Shown: one piece after another, positions 63,841 to 64,000 of the stretch | How the letters are laid out: each line of letters opens with the position of its first letter | How positions within the stretch are numbered: position 1 is the stretch's first letter | Assembly: GCF_030028105.1 (NCBI RefSeq) | Contig: NC_092376.1 | Coordinates: 134,476,230-134,540,229 of the forward strand | From: Mobula birostris | Taxonomy: Eukaryota | Direction of reading: 5' to 3' | DNA: 64,000 nt | Program-made: the position numbers and the translations under genes | Notes under the pieces: generated by a model | The model's input: only the letters and a program-made list of their open reading frames with translations | What the model was told of the DNA's origin: nothing | Databases searched by the model: none

Positions 63841-64000
63841 GCCTCTCGGCTGTGCTATTGTACCATCAACCAAAGCATTTTATTATTGATAATGTTTAGG
63901 GGTGTTTGAATTTGTTTCAACGGTGCACGATACCTAGTCTCTGACATACGCTTACAGACATTTCGTGTGGCTGGTCCATTGAAGTGTTTGGTCGATGCTA

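Noticed and set aside
1-64000. Excess of minus-strand LINEs as evidence of an intron of a plus-strand gene
   Set aside because: The bias is mild, the largest L1 and one large CR1 are on the plus strand, and no exons were identified.

Overview
This is eukaryotic, non-genic (intergenic or deep intronic) DNA made mostly of transposable elements. The repeat repertoire fits a cartilaginous fish, probably a ray or shark (inference). It includes many CR1 LINEs with short-repeat 3' tails, L1, RTE, Rex1/Babar, Neptune-type Penelope-like elements (PLEs), Gypsy LTR relics, Tc1 and hAT derivatives and tRNA-type SINEs. No host protein-coding gene could be recognised, and every long ORF belongs to a retroelement. 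Three features stand out. (1) A minimal type-I hammerhead ribozyme motif (consensus AGUC-CUGAYGA-AGGGUCUCGGCCC-GAAACGUC/GACU) sits in the PLE pseudo-LTRs. It recurs, whole or in part, at about 10 sites, including 120-210 bp hairpin or single-arm mini-elements, several with their own 9-15 bp TSDs. (2) A fold-back element with hAT ends (CAGGGG...CCCCTG, 8-bp TSD) has about 190-bp inverted arms built largely from Tc1 transposase sequence. (3) Deep nests of elements at 28.0-30.9 kb and 53.9-63.4 kb can be resolved by their TSDs. Boundaries of old elements are approximate, and family names come from motif recognition by eye, not database searches.
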